Of a stretch of DNA of 64,000 bases, positions 20,401-28,712 are shown piece after piece. A program made the position numbers and the translations under genes. The notes under the pieces are model-generated. The model was not told where the DNA came from. It did no database searches and worked only from the letters and a program-made list of their open reading frames with translations. The stretch comes from an uncultured delta proteobacterium. GTDB taxonomy: Bacteria; Desulfobacterota; Syntrophia; Syntrophales; UBA2185. Numbering within the stretch: position 1 is the first letter of the stretch; each line of letters opens with the position of its first letter. Location: NCBI GenBank assembly GCA_963695875.1, contig CAVOID010000003.1:96001-160000 (forward strand). Direction: 5' to 3'.

Positions 20401-20967
20401 ATGTCGAGAATAACAATGACCTTTGATGAAATGATTATACGGTGCCTCAATTGTGGCACAAAGAACCGTATACCGAAGGACCGTCTTCATGACCGTCCGA
20501 CATGTGGCAGATGCCATGCCTATCTTGACGACATGATTATCAGGTGTCTTGCTTGCGGTACAAAAAATCGGATGCCTGAGGATCGCCTCGATCAGCAACC
20601 TGTATGCGGAAAGTGCGGAGTCCCCATTATCATCAGTGACGATAAGGGGCATACCATGGACATCACTGATGAAACATTTTCCAAGGAAGTCCTCTTGTAT
20701 TCGGGCCCCGTCCTGATGGATTCCTGGGCACCATGGTGTGCACCATGCCGCATGGTAGGACCGATTCTGGATGAGCTTGCGTCCAAATATGCAGGTGGTG
20801 TCAAGATTGTTAAACTGAATGTGGATGAAAATCCCGTTACAGCATCGAAATACAACATTCAAAGCATACCCACGATGCTTTTATTTAAGGGCGGATCGCT
20901 TGTCAATAGATTGGTCGGCGCCCTTCCTAAAGAAGAAATCGAGCGGCATCTGCTTTCGATCATGTAG
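20401..20967 (+). CDS. trxC: Thioredoxin 2-like protein with a duplicated N-terminal zinc finger
   Basis: Two copies of IIRCxxCGTKNRxPxDRLxxxPxCGxC followed by a WAPWCAPC thioredoxin domain. Confidence 0.85.
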   Translation: MSRITMTFDEMIIRCLNCGTKNRIPKDRLHDRPTCGRCHAYLDDMIIRCLACGTKNRMPEDRLDQQPVCGKCGVPIIISDDKGHTMDITDETFSKEVLLYSGPVLMDSWAPWCAPCRMVGPILDELASKYAGGVKIVKLNVDENPVTASKYNIQSIPTMLLFKGGSLVNRLVGALPKEEIERHLLSIM

Positions 20968-20990
20968 ACACGAGGTTCTCCCTGTGAGCG

Positions 20991-21965
20991 TTACTTAAAA
21001 AGCAAAACAAACTGCTCAAAGACGTCTCTATGGAAGTGATCAATCATCTCCTCTTTCATTATTCTCAGGGCGTTAAAGGGTTCAAGTTTTTGTCTATAAG
21101 GACGGTCGGAAGTCAGTGCGTCAAACACGTCGGCTATGGAACATATCTTTCCATATAGATGAATATCGTCTCCTTTGAGGCCGTACGGATAACCCTTACC
21201 ATCGTATCTTTCATGGTGCTGCAACACAATCTTCTTACATTCGGGAGTCAATTGCTTGGTCTCATGGAGAACTTTGTACCCCATGTTGGGGTGCTGTTTC
21301 ATCGCGTTCATTTCCTCTATCGTTAGTTTACCCGGCTTATTGATAATAGCCGTATCCACCTGTACTTTTCCCAGATCATGAAGGAAAAACCCGGCTCCCA
21401 ATTCATGCATGTCATGAGCCGTCGATTTGTTAAAAAGCGATTTTGAGAGCGAAACAGCCAGGAAACCCACATTTACGGAGTGCGTATAGGTATAAAAATC
21501 ATGGGATGTAATGCTCAACAGATATAAGGATGTTTTATCATCAGTAAGAATCAGATCGACAACTTCAGCAATACCTTTTTTTGCATCGCGAATGTTTTCA
21601 GCGGTGGGATTTTCGAGCAGGTTGCTTATCAATGTGAAGGAATGGGCCTGCACTGCTTTTGCTTTTTCCAGAGGCGGCAATTTTGCATCATGGATTGCCT
21701 CCATGAGTTCATCAGGCACTATTGTTCTGGATAATGGTCTTAAGGTCTGCTCAGATTCAGTATCAAGTTTCTCTTTTGCCTCGGAAAAAGTGCTCCTTTT
21801 TGTATCGACGATGATTTCCGCGAGGCCGTAATCATAAATCTTTTTTATCTGGTCTCTGGATTTAATTAAAAATTCATTCTTAACAAAGGGGTGGGATAGC
21901 CATGATACAGGCAAAATAACATACATGCCGATTTTTATGTTTTCCGTCTTGACAGTTCTTTGCAT
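20991..21965 (-). CDS. HD-GYP cyclic-dinucleotide phosphodiesterase with a DUF3391-like N-terminus
   Basis: YTYTHSVNV, LHDLGK, HHERYDGKGYP, ADVFDALTSDRPYR. Confidence 0.93.
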   Translation of the reverse strand: MQRTVKTENIKIGMYVILPVSWLSHPFVKNEFLIKSRDQIKKIYDYGLAEIIVDTKRSTFSEAKEKLDTESEQTLRPLSRTIVPDELMEAIHDAKLPPLEKAKAVQAHSFTLISNLLENPTAENIRDAKKGIAEVVDLILTDDKTSLYLLSITSHDFYTYTHSVNVGFLAVSLSKSLFNKSTAHDMHELGAGFFLHDLGKVQVDTAIINKPGKLTIEEMNAMKQHPNMGYKVLHETKQLTPECKKIVLQHHERYDGKGYPYGLKGDDIHLYGKICSIADVFDALTSDRPYRQKLEPFNALRIMKEEMIDHFHRDVFEQFVLLFK

Positions 21966-22041
21966 AACATTACCGATGATAATGATCTTCAAACGTGGAA
22001 GACCATCGTTCCTACTTATCATTATCGGCATTCTTATGCAT

Positions 22042-22584
22042 TTACCTGAGCATCTTTTCCCGTTTCTCCAGTTCAACCTCCAAACTTTTTAAAAGCTGAA
22101 TATCGTTCTTAAGCTGCTCTATATCTTTCTTAAGCTGATCATTTTCCTGAACTAATTTCGTCGTTTCTTCCAGCAATTGCTTGTTGTCCTTCTTTATCTG
22201 TTCATTTTCCTTAAGGATCTTGGCCTTTTCCTCCTTGGTAATCTCGATCAATTGCTTTTCAGCGTTGTACTTTTCCATACCATCAATAAGACGGATCAAT
22301 ATCTCAGAGAGTCCCCGCCACCTGCTGCGCGGATATTTTTTCAGCAATTCATCAAATGCCTCTCTGGCCTTCACATAATCTGCCGCCTTATCACGGTTCC
22401 CTAAATATGACATGCCTCTAGAAAAGATATCTGTATCGGAAGGAGATCTTTTGAACCATCCTTTTTCAAAATCCGGCGACGGATTCGTCGGAGGGGTGGG
22501 TAGTGAAGCACATGCCCCCAATAGGACAAAAAGCACACAAACTAGATATTTACAATATATTCCCCACGTCTTCCTGTTTGACAT
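22042..22584 (-). CDS. Lipoprotein with a TPR-like hairpin and long C-terminal coiled coil
   Basis: Lipobox LGAC, KAREAFDELLKKYPRSRW, heptad-rich tail ending LKSLEVELEKREKMLR. Confidence 0.8.
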   Translation of the reverse strand: MSNRKTWGIYCKYLVCVLFVLLGACASLPTPPTNPSPDFEKGWFKRSPSDTDIFSRGMSYLGNRDKAADYVKAREAFDELLKKYPRSRWRGLSEILIRLIDGMEKYNAEKQLIEITKEEKAKILKENEQIKKDNKQLLEETTKLVQENDQLKKDIEQLKNDIQLLKSLEVELEKREKMLR

Positions 22585-23884
22585 AGTTGCTTCCCGGTAG
22601 TGTCTTCGCATATTCCTTCAACTCCGCAGCTTTCTTAGCCATATCTAAAGGCCCCTGAAAATGTGTCCCATTGTCGGTAACTATAGCGATAGTCATGGTT
22701 ATGAGGGGAAACATCTGCTGGTTCCCTTGTCTGTCTTTTCCAATGATAAATCCCTTCTGCCTGTCTTTCTCACTGTAAAACCTCATACTACGGCGATCAA
22801 ACTCATCAATTATGTTCTGACATTTCTGCTCTGTCGCTCCTGGGTCAGAAACGATAATAAAATCGTCACCGCCAACATGTCCTACAAAGTCGCCCCCATT
22901 ATCCGTCGTCTGCACCTGGTTAATCAGGATATGGGCCACTTCCTTAATTACCTCGCTGCCCCATGCATAGCCATATTTATCAGCAAAGGGTTTGAAATTA
23001 TCGAGGTCTACATGACAAAGCGAAAACAGTTTTTTTTCCGAAACCCGCCTTTCAATCTCCTTCTCAATCGCCAGATTTCCCGGCAAACCGGTTAGAGGAC
23101 TTGCATCAAGGAGGAGCGTCTCCAGTACCTTGAGGCGTTCCGTCATGAAACTGAAAGCGTCTGCGAGGCTGCCGATTTCATCATTGCGGTTTATATTTAA
23201 ATTGTACTCGAACTGCCCCTCGGCAATCTGTTCTGTAGCCTCTTCGAGCTTCTTGAGAGGTCTCGAAATATTATACGTGATAAGTAAGGCTAAAGCCAAT
23301 CCCACAAACAAGCCTATCACGCTAAGTGTAATCGTCATTCTGGAAGCTTCTGTGCCCCGTATTTTAATTAGGTTCATTCTTGCATCTATATTATTTTCGG
23401 CTTTCATGCGGATTGCACGTAAAGATGTAGCTATCTCTTCAATGGTTTTTTTACACTCTGTTTCAGAAAATTTGATGGCATCCTCTACCAGATTGTCATT
23501 AACCAGGGATACCTCTTGATTAAAAAAGTCGTCATATCGGTTATGCAGTAATGACAGCTGCGACAGGGTCTTAGCGATATCGGGGATATTATTCTTTTTA
23601 AAATTCTCGAGGCCAACATTAAATTCCTGGCTTCGCGACCAGAAAAGTTCCGCTATTGACGGGTCTTTAAGAATAAGATATTTTTTTTCTGCGCTTTCCT
23701 GTGCAAGCAGTGCATCCATCATAATCTTGCTGTTATCTACGATGAAAAAATCCTGATCGATGATAACATAAGCCAATTCATTCAAATTCTGGAGGCTGAA
23801 AATCGCGTAGGCGCTTACCATGATGGTAAGTAGAGCCATAGCCAGGTAACCTGCAAGCAACTTTCGGCTTATCGTAAGTTTCAT
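22550..23884 (-). CDS. Membrane sensor with TM-periplasmic domain-TM-HAMP-GGDEF architecture (GGDDF variant)
   Basis: Two TM helices, HAMP (ISRPLKKL..DEIGSLA), SPLTGLPGN, DLDNFK, HVGGDDF. Confidence 0.92.
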   Translation of the reverse strand: MKLTISRKLLAGYLAMALLTIMVSAYAIFSLQNLNELAYVIIDQDFFIVDNSKIMMDALLAQESAEKKYLILKDPSIAELFWSRSQEFNVGLENFKKNNIPDIAKTLSQLSLLHNRYDDFFNQEVSLVNDNLVEDAIKFSETECKKTIEEIATSLRAIRMKAENNIDARMNLIKIRGTEASRMTITLSVIGLFVGLALALLITYNISRPLKKLEEATEQIAEGQFEYNLNINRNDEIGSLADAFSFMTERLKVLETLLLDASPLTGLPGNLAIEKEIERRVSEKKLFSLCHVDLDNFKPFADKYGYAWGSEVIKEVAHILINQVQTTDNGGDFVGHVGGDDFIIVSDPGATEQKCQNIIDEFDRRSMRFYSEKDRQKGFIIGKDRQGNQQMFPLITMTIAIVTDNGTHFQGPLDMAKKAAELKEYAKTLPGSNYVKQEDVGNIL

Positions 23885-24059
23885 TATTCATGCCCAATAG
23901 AATCGATTCTAATTTTTTTGTGTACCACATCCTTGCAATTTCCGCAAAGTAGAAATATAAATTTTTAGTTTACACTTTCCCGACCGAATGTTTATTGCCC
24001 CCTTTATTAAGTTTTGATATATTATAGTAAAATATCGTTACGAAGTGGAGGCTACACCG

Positions 24060-25367
24060 ATGATCTATAATGAGGAATTCGAAACATTACCCCGCGAAGT
24101 TTTGGAAACCCTGCAGTTCAAGAGATTACAACAAGTTATTCAACGTGTCTATCATACGGTTGGCTTTTACAGGAAAGCTTTTGATAAAGCCAGCGTCAAT
24201 CCGGATGATATCAAGACCCTATCTGACTTAAAGCGGCTTCCATTCACAACGAAGCAGGATTTGAGAGATAATTACCCTTTTGGTTTATTTGCGGTACCGA
24301 TGAGCAGCATTGTAAGGCTACACGCTTCCTCCGGTACAACCGGCAGAGCGATAGTCGTTGGATACACAAAACGGGATATCGATACGTGGTCCGAACTGAT
24401 GGCCAGATGTTTCGTAGCCGCAGGTTTGACCAAAAATGACATTATCCACAACGCTTACGGATACGGCCTGTTCACCGGTGGTCTCGGCGCCCATTACGGT
24501 GCTGAAAAACTGGGGGCCAGTGTCATCCCCATGTCAGGCGGCAATACAAAAAGACAGCTTATGATCTTACAGGACTTCGGCCCTACTGCCATCTGCTGTA
24601 CGCCTTCCTACGCGTTGAATCTGGCGGAACAAAGTACGGCCATGGGTATTGACATGAAATCGCTCAAGCTTCGTGTCGGTATCTTTGGTGCCGAGCCGTG
24701 GAGCGAAAAGATGCGGGACGAAATAGAAAATAAGCTGAATCTTACCGCGCTGAATATCTACGGCCTGTCGGAGATAATGGGTCCCGGAGTCGCTATGGAG
24801 TGTTTAGAAGGTCGCCATGGCATGCACGTATTTGAGGATCACTTTATTGTGGAGGTGATCCATCCGGAAACCGGCGAGTTATTGCCTTACGGAGAAGAAG
24901 GGGAGCTGGTCTTCACGACTATCACAAAGGAAGCATTCCCCCTCGTCCGGTATCGCACCAGGGACATATCACGACTGATTGCCGAACCCTGCCGCTGCGG
25001 CAGAAGTCATATCAGAATGGACCGGGTGACAGGCAGAAGTGATGATATGCTGATTATCAGGGGTATCAACGTATTCCCATCCCAGATTGAGGCTATTCTA
25101 GTCGGCATTACAGGACTCGAGCCGCACTATCAGCTCATTGTGGAAAGGGCCGGTACCTTGGACACCCTGGAGGTTCAGGTTGAAGTGAGCGAAAAGATTT
25201 TTGCAAATGCAGATGAGGTTCGCTCCCTGCAAAATTTAGAAAGGAATCTCACCAAAGACTTGAAGGACTATCTCGGTGTTTCCGCCAAGGTAAAATTAGT
25301 CGAACCCAAGTCCTTGCAACGTTTCGAAGGAAAGGCCAGCCGGGTAATCGATAAACGAAAAATATAG
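24060..25367 (+). CDS. paaK: Phenylacetate-CoA ligase family protein
   Basis: [42 protein letters not shown]. Confidence 0.92.
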   Translation: MIYNEEFETLPREVLETLQFKRLQQVIQRVYHTVGFYRKAFDKASVNPDDIKTLSDLKRLPFTTKQDLRDNYPFGLFAVPMSSIVRLHASSGTTGRAIVVGYTKRDIDTWSELMARCFVAAGLTKNDIIHNAYGYGLFTGGLGAHYGAEKLGASVIPMSGGNTKRQLMILQDFGPTAICCTPSYALNLAEQSTAMGIDMKSLKLRVGIFGAEPWSEKMRDEIENKLNLTALNIYGLSEIMGPGVAMECLEGRHGMHVFEDHFIVEVIHPETGELLPYGEEGELVFTTITKEAFPLVRYRTRDISRLIAEPCRCGRSHIRMDRVTGRSDDMLIIRGINVFPSQIEAILVGITGLEPHYQLIVERAGTLDTLEVQVEVSEKIFANADEVRSLQNLERNLTKDLKDYLGVSAKVKLVEPKSLQRFEGKASRVIDKRKI

Positions 25368-25418
25368 GCGGAAATCCCAGACATTCTATTGTCGAGGAAT
25401 TCATAAGGAGGAGTACAT

Positions 25419-25850
25419 ATGAAGGTAGAACAGATATCCATATTCCTGGAGAATAAACCGGGGGCTCTTGAAAGTGTCACACGGCTATTGAAAGATAATA
25501 ATATTAACATCAGAACCCTGTCACTGGCGGATACTTCTGATTTCGGAATTCTCCGACTAATCGTCAACGATGTCAATACAACACTGAAGGTACTCAATGA
25601 AAACGGCTTGAGAGTGAGCAGGACGACCGTGGTGGCAGTGGAGGTTCCTGACCGTCCAGGTGGTCTTCACAGCATCCTTGAAGTGCTGGCGAAAAACTCC
25701 ATCAATGTTGAATATCTGTACGCATTTGTCGAAAAAAGCGGTGAAAATGCTGTGATCATCTTCCGTTTCGATTCTCCTGATAATGCCATTGATGTCCTTC
25801 TCAAAAATGGATTTACTGTTCTGCCCGGTGAGAAGCTGTATTCTTTTTAA
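25419..25850 (+). CDS. Tandem ACT-domain protein
   Basis: [32 protein letters not shown]; a common paaK neighbour. Confidence 0.88.
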   Translation: MKVEQISIFLENKPGALESVTRLLKDNNINIRTLSLADTSDFGILRLIVNDVNTTLKVLNENGLRVSRTTVVAVEVPDRPGGLHSILEVLAKNSINVEYLYAFVEKSGENAVIIFRFDSPDNAIDVLLKNGFTVLPGEKLYSF

Positions 25851-25940
25851 ATGTAATGATCTCGTAAGAAAAGCTATAAACGGGGCTAAAAGTCGACGAA
25901 TTCGCAAAACATAATACTCTGTTCAGAAGGAGGTGCTGTC

Positions 25941-26642
25941 ATGAAGATACAAACCCGTTCACTTAATTCGATGGTGGAAGAACAGTTGGTTAAATGGAAA
26001 AGCGAGACCACAGAGCGGAAAGCCGTAAAGGCCAAGCCCGGTCCGGTGATTACCATTTCCAGAGAGCCGGGCACCGGTGGCAGTGAGATCGCCAGGAGGC
26101 TCGCGGAACAGCTTAAAATGGATCTGGTGGGTGCCCAAATCATCCAGAAAATAGCGGAAAGTGCTGATATGAGCACAAAAGTTATTGAATCCCTCGATGA
26201 GAAGGAAATCTCTCGACGGGATGACTGGTTAAGCTCTTTGTTCGAGACCCGTCACCTGTGGGTAGATAGTTATCTCCGTCATCTTACCAAGGTTATCGGG
26301 ACATTCGGAAGACAGGGCAATGTCATCATCGTGGGCAGGGGAGCGCAGTATATACTGCCCCCTGAGGACACATTCAGGTTGCGTTTTATTGCCCCTATGG
26401 AAATTAAAATCCAGAATGTAATGCGCGATTATGGCTCCACCAAGGAAGATGCGGAAAAATATGTCATAAAAACAGATTCAGACCGACGCGCATACCTGCG
26501 AAAATACTTCAACGCAGACGTGACGGACCCCTCACATTACGACATGGTCATCAATACAGGGAAACTCGGTATAGACGGTACCGTCGAAGCAGCCAAAGCA
26601 GCATTTGGCATATGGAAGAAGAAGTTCGACACTGTTCCTTGA
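25941..26642 (+). CDS. Cytidylate kinase-like family protein
   Basis: ITISREPGTGG, IIVGRGA, YDMVINT. Confidence 0.85.
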   Translation: MKIQTRSLNSMVEEQLVKWKSETTERKAVKAKPGPVITISREPGTGGSEIARRLAEQLKMDLVGAQIIQKIAESADMSTKVIESLDEKEISRRDDWLSSLFETRHLWVDSYLRHLTKVIGTFGRQGNVIIVGRGAQYILPPEDTFRLRFIAPMEIKIQNVMRDYGSTKEDAEKYVIKTDSDRRAYLRKYFNADVTDPSHYDMVINTGKLGIDGTVEAAKAAFGIWKKKFDTVP

Positions 26643-26675
26643 CGAAACGGAGGTTTATGTTTTTTCGCGAAAGCC

Positions 26676-28112
26676 CTATCCCTTGATGCAGCCTAAGGCC
26701 CGGAGTTTTGCTACCTTCTTGGAGATGCCTGCTTTGTGTACGACTTCGACTACCTGATCCAAATCCTTGTAGGCCTCCGGTATCTCCTCGCTGAGTGTTC
26801 CTTTCCCGGTTGCCATGATGATGATACCCTTGTCGGCAAGCTCCTTCGCTATTGCCCTTCCCCTGCTGGCTTTTTTTGCCTGGGTGCGGCTCATGACACG
26901 TCCGGCGCCATGACAGGTGCTCCCGAAGGTTTCTGCAAAGGCCTTCTCTGTCCCGGCGAGCACGTACGAGCCTGTTCCCATATCGCCGGGGATTAGTACC
27001 GGCTGACCTATCTTGCTGTATTGCGCCGGAAGCGCCGGATGGCCGGGAGGGAAGGCCCGCGTCGCACCTTTCCTGTGTACGCAAAGTTTCACCTCTTTGC
27101 CGTCGAGGATGAACGTTTCGATCTTGGCAATATTGTGGCAGACATCGTATAGCAATCTCATGCCTAATTCACGGGGGCCCTTTTTTAAGGTATGCTCGAA
27201 GGTCTCCCGCGTCCAATGCATCATCATCTGACGGTTGGCCCAGGCATAATTGGCGGCACAGGCCATGGCGGCAAGGTATTCCTTTCCACGGGGCGAATCC
27301 AGATACGCGCAGGCCAACTGCCTGTCCGGGAGGGGAATCTCCATCTCACCGAGATGTTTAACCATCCTGGCCAGGTAGTCATCACAGACCTGATAGCCAA
27401 GCCCCCGGGAACCGCTGTGTATAAGGACGGCGATCTGGCCCATTTCAAGGCCAAAGGCGGCAGCAGCCGTCTTATCGAAGATCTCCTCGACAACCTCAAT
27501 CTCCAGAAAATGGTTACCCGATCCGAGCGTGCCCAATTGCTCTCTTCCCCGCTCGATTGCTCTGGCGCTGACCATGTCGGGATCGGCGCCTGCTATTTTC
27601 CCCCTGTCTTCAGTCGCTTCCAGATCCTCATGCGTGCCATAACCTTGCTCGACGGCCCATTTGGCACCTTCGATCAGAACCTTCCTTTCTTCTTTGGGTG
27701 AGAGTTTAAGGTCACCTTTCGAACCTACACCGGTAGGGATATTATGAAACAACGCACCTATCAGGTCCTTTAAGCGATCCCTGATATCTTCAAATGCAAG
27801 GCGGGTCGTTACCAGCCTGCATCCGCAGTTGATGTCATAGCCGACGCCGCCCGGGGAAATGATGCCGTCTTGAAGACCGAAAGCCGCGACGCCTCCTATC
27901 GGGAAACCATATCCCCAGTGAATATCAGGCATTGCCAGGGAATATTTCACAATCCCGGGCAGATGCGCAACATTAGCCACCTGCTTCGGGCTCTCATCAG
28001 AACCCATTTCCCTTATGAGGCGCTCGCTCGAATAAATAATTCCGGGAACCCTCATGCCGCCGCTTTGGGGAATCATCCATCGGCAATCATCGATTTTCTT
28101 GAGTCCAGTCAT
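26676..28112 (-). CDS. rtcB: RNA ligase RtcB
   Basis: MPDIHWGYGFPIG, GYDINCG, GSGNHF, HSGSRG, HN, HRKGAT, HGAGR. Confidence 0.96.
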   Translation of the reverse strand: MTGLKKIDDCRWMIPQSGGMRVPGIIYSSERLIREMGSDESPKQVANVAHLPGIVKYSLAMPDIHWGYGFPIGGVAAFGLQDGIISPGGVGYDINCGCRLVTTRLAFEDIRDRLKDLIGALFHNIPTGVGSKGDLKLSPKEERKVLIEGAKWAVEQGYGTHEDLEATEDRGKIAGADPDMVSARAIERGREQLGTLGSGNHFLEIEVVEEIFDKTAAAAFGLEMGQIAVLIHSGSRGLGYQVCDDYLARMVKHLGEMEIPLPDRQLACAYLDSPRGKEYLAAMACAANYAWANRQMMMHWTRETFEHTLKKGPRELGMRLLYDVCHNIAKIETFILDGKEVKLCVHRKGATRAFPPGHPALPAQYSKIGQPVLIPGDMGTGSYVLAGTEKAFAETFGSTCHGAGRVMSRTQAKKASRGRAIAKELADKGIIIMATGKGTLSEEIPEAYKDLDQVVEVVHKAGISKKVAKLRALGCIKG

Positions 28113-28153
28113 AATGTTCTCGTCATAGCCTAAACTTGGATTTACTCCAGAGA

Positions 28154-28255
28154 GCTCCGTAAAAAGATTCAGAGACAGGGTGCGCACGGTTCGATAAGCT
28201 CACCGTGACGGGATGAAGCGCAACGCAGCATATTGACTTTTTTACGAAGCCGTCA
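28154..28255. repeat. Extragenic palindromic (REP/MITE-like) element
   Basis: Terminal inverted repeats gctccgtaaaaag and cttttttacgaagc; internal hairpin cacggttcgataagctcaccgtg; abuts the archease stop codon. Confidence 0.65.
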
Positions 28256-28669
28256 AACATCAAATATCACCCTTCCCACCCACATATCCGGCGTTTCTTT
28301 GACCGTCACCTGGTGATAAGTCACGGCCTTGATTTCCGTATTTATCCTGTGTTTCGAAGGATCAAATCGCTCCCCCAGTACTTTCCCCTCTAGATGCCGC
28401 GCATCGATCTTCAGTACGGGGTACTCTTTCAGCAAGAGTCCCTCGCCATTAAACATATAGAGAATTTCGCGCAGATAGTTCACGAGCAGGTCTTCCCAGC
28501 CTTCACCCTCGACAACAATCTTCCTTTCCACTATCGAAGATACGCGTTTCAGGTCTGTGATAATATCAAAAATGGCAAAGGCCGCATTGGCAAACAAGTC
28601 TGCCACCGTTTTGCCGTATATTTCCACCCCCAAATCCGCCGTATGATCAAACAGCTTGTATCTATGCAT
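28253..28669 (-). CDS. Archease (RtcB activator)
   Basis: DHTADLG, EIKAVTYH, C-terminal IFDV. Confidence 0.93.
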   Translation of the reverse strand: MHRYKLFDHTADLGVEIYGKTVADLFANAAFAIFDIITDLKRVSSIVERKIVVEGEGWEDLLVNYLREILYMFNGEGLLLKEYPVLKIDARHLEGKVLGERFDPSKHRINTEIKAVTYHQVTVKETPDMWVGRVIFDV

Positions 28670-28712
28670 TGTCAGAATTAGTCTACCACAAACACTGCTT
28701 TCATTTCCAGAA

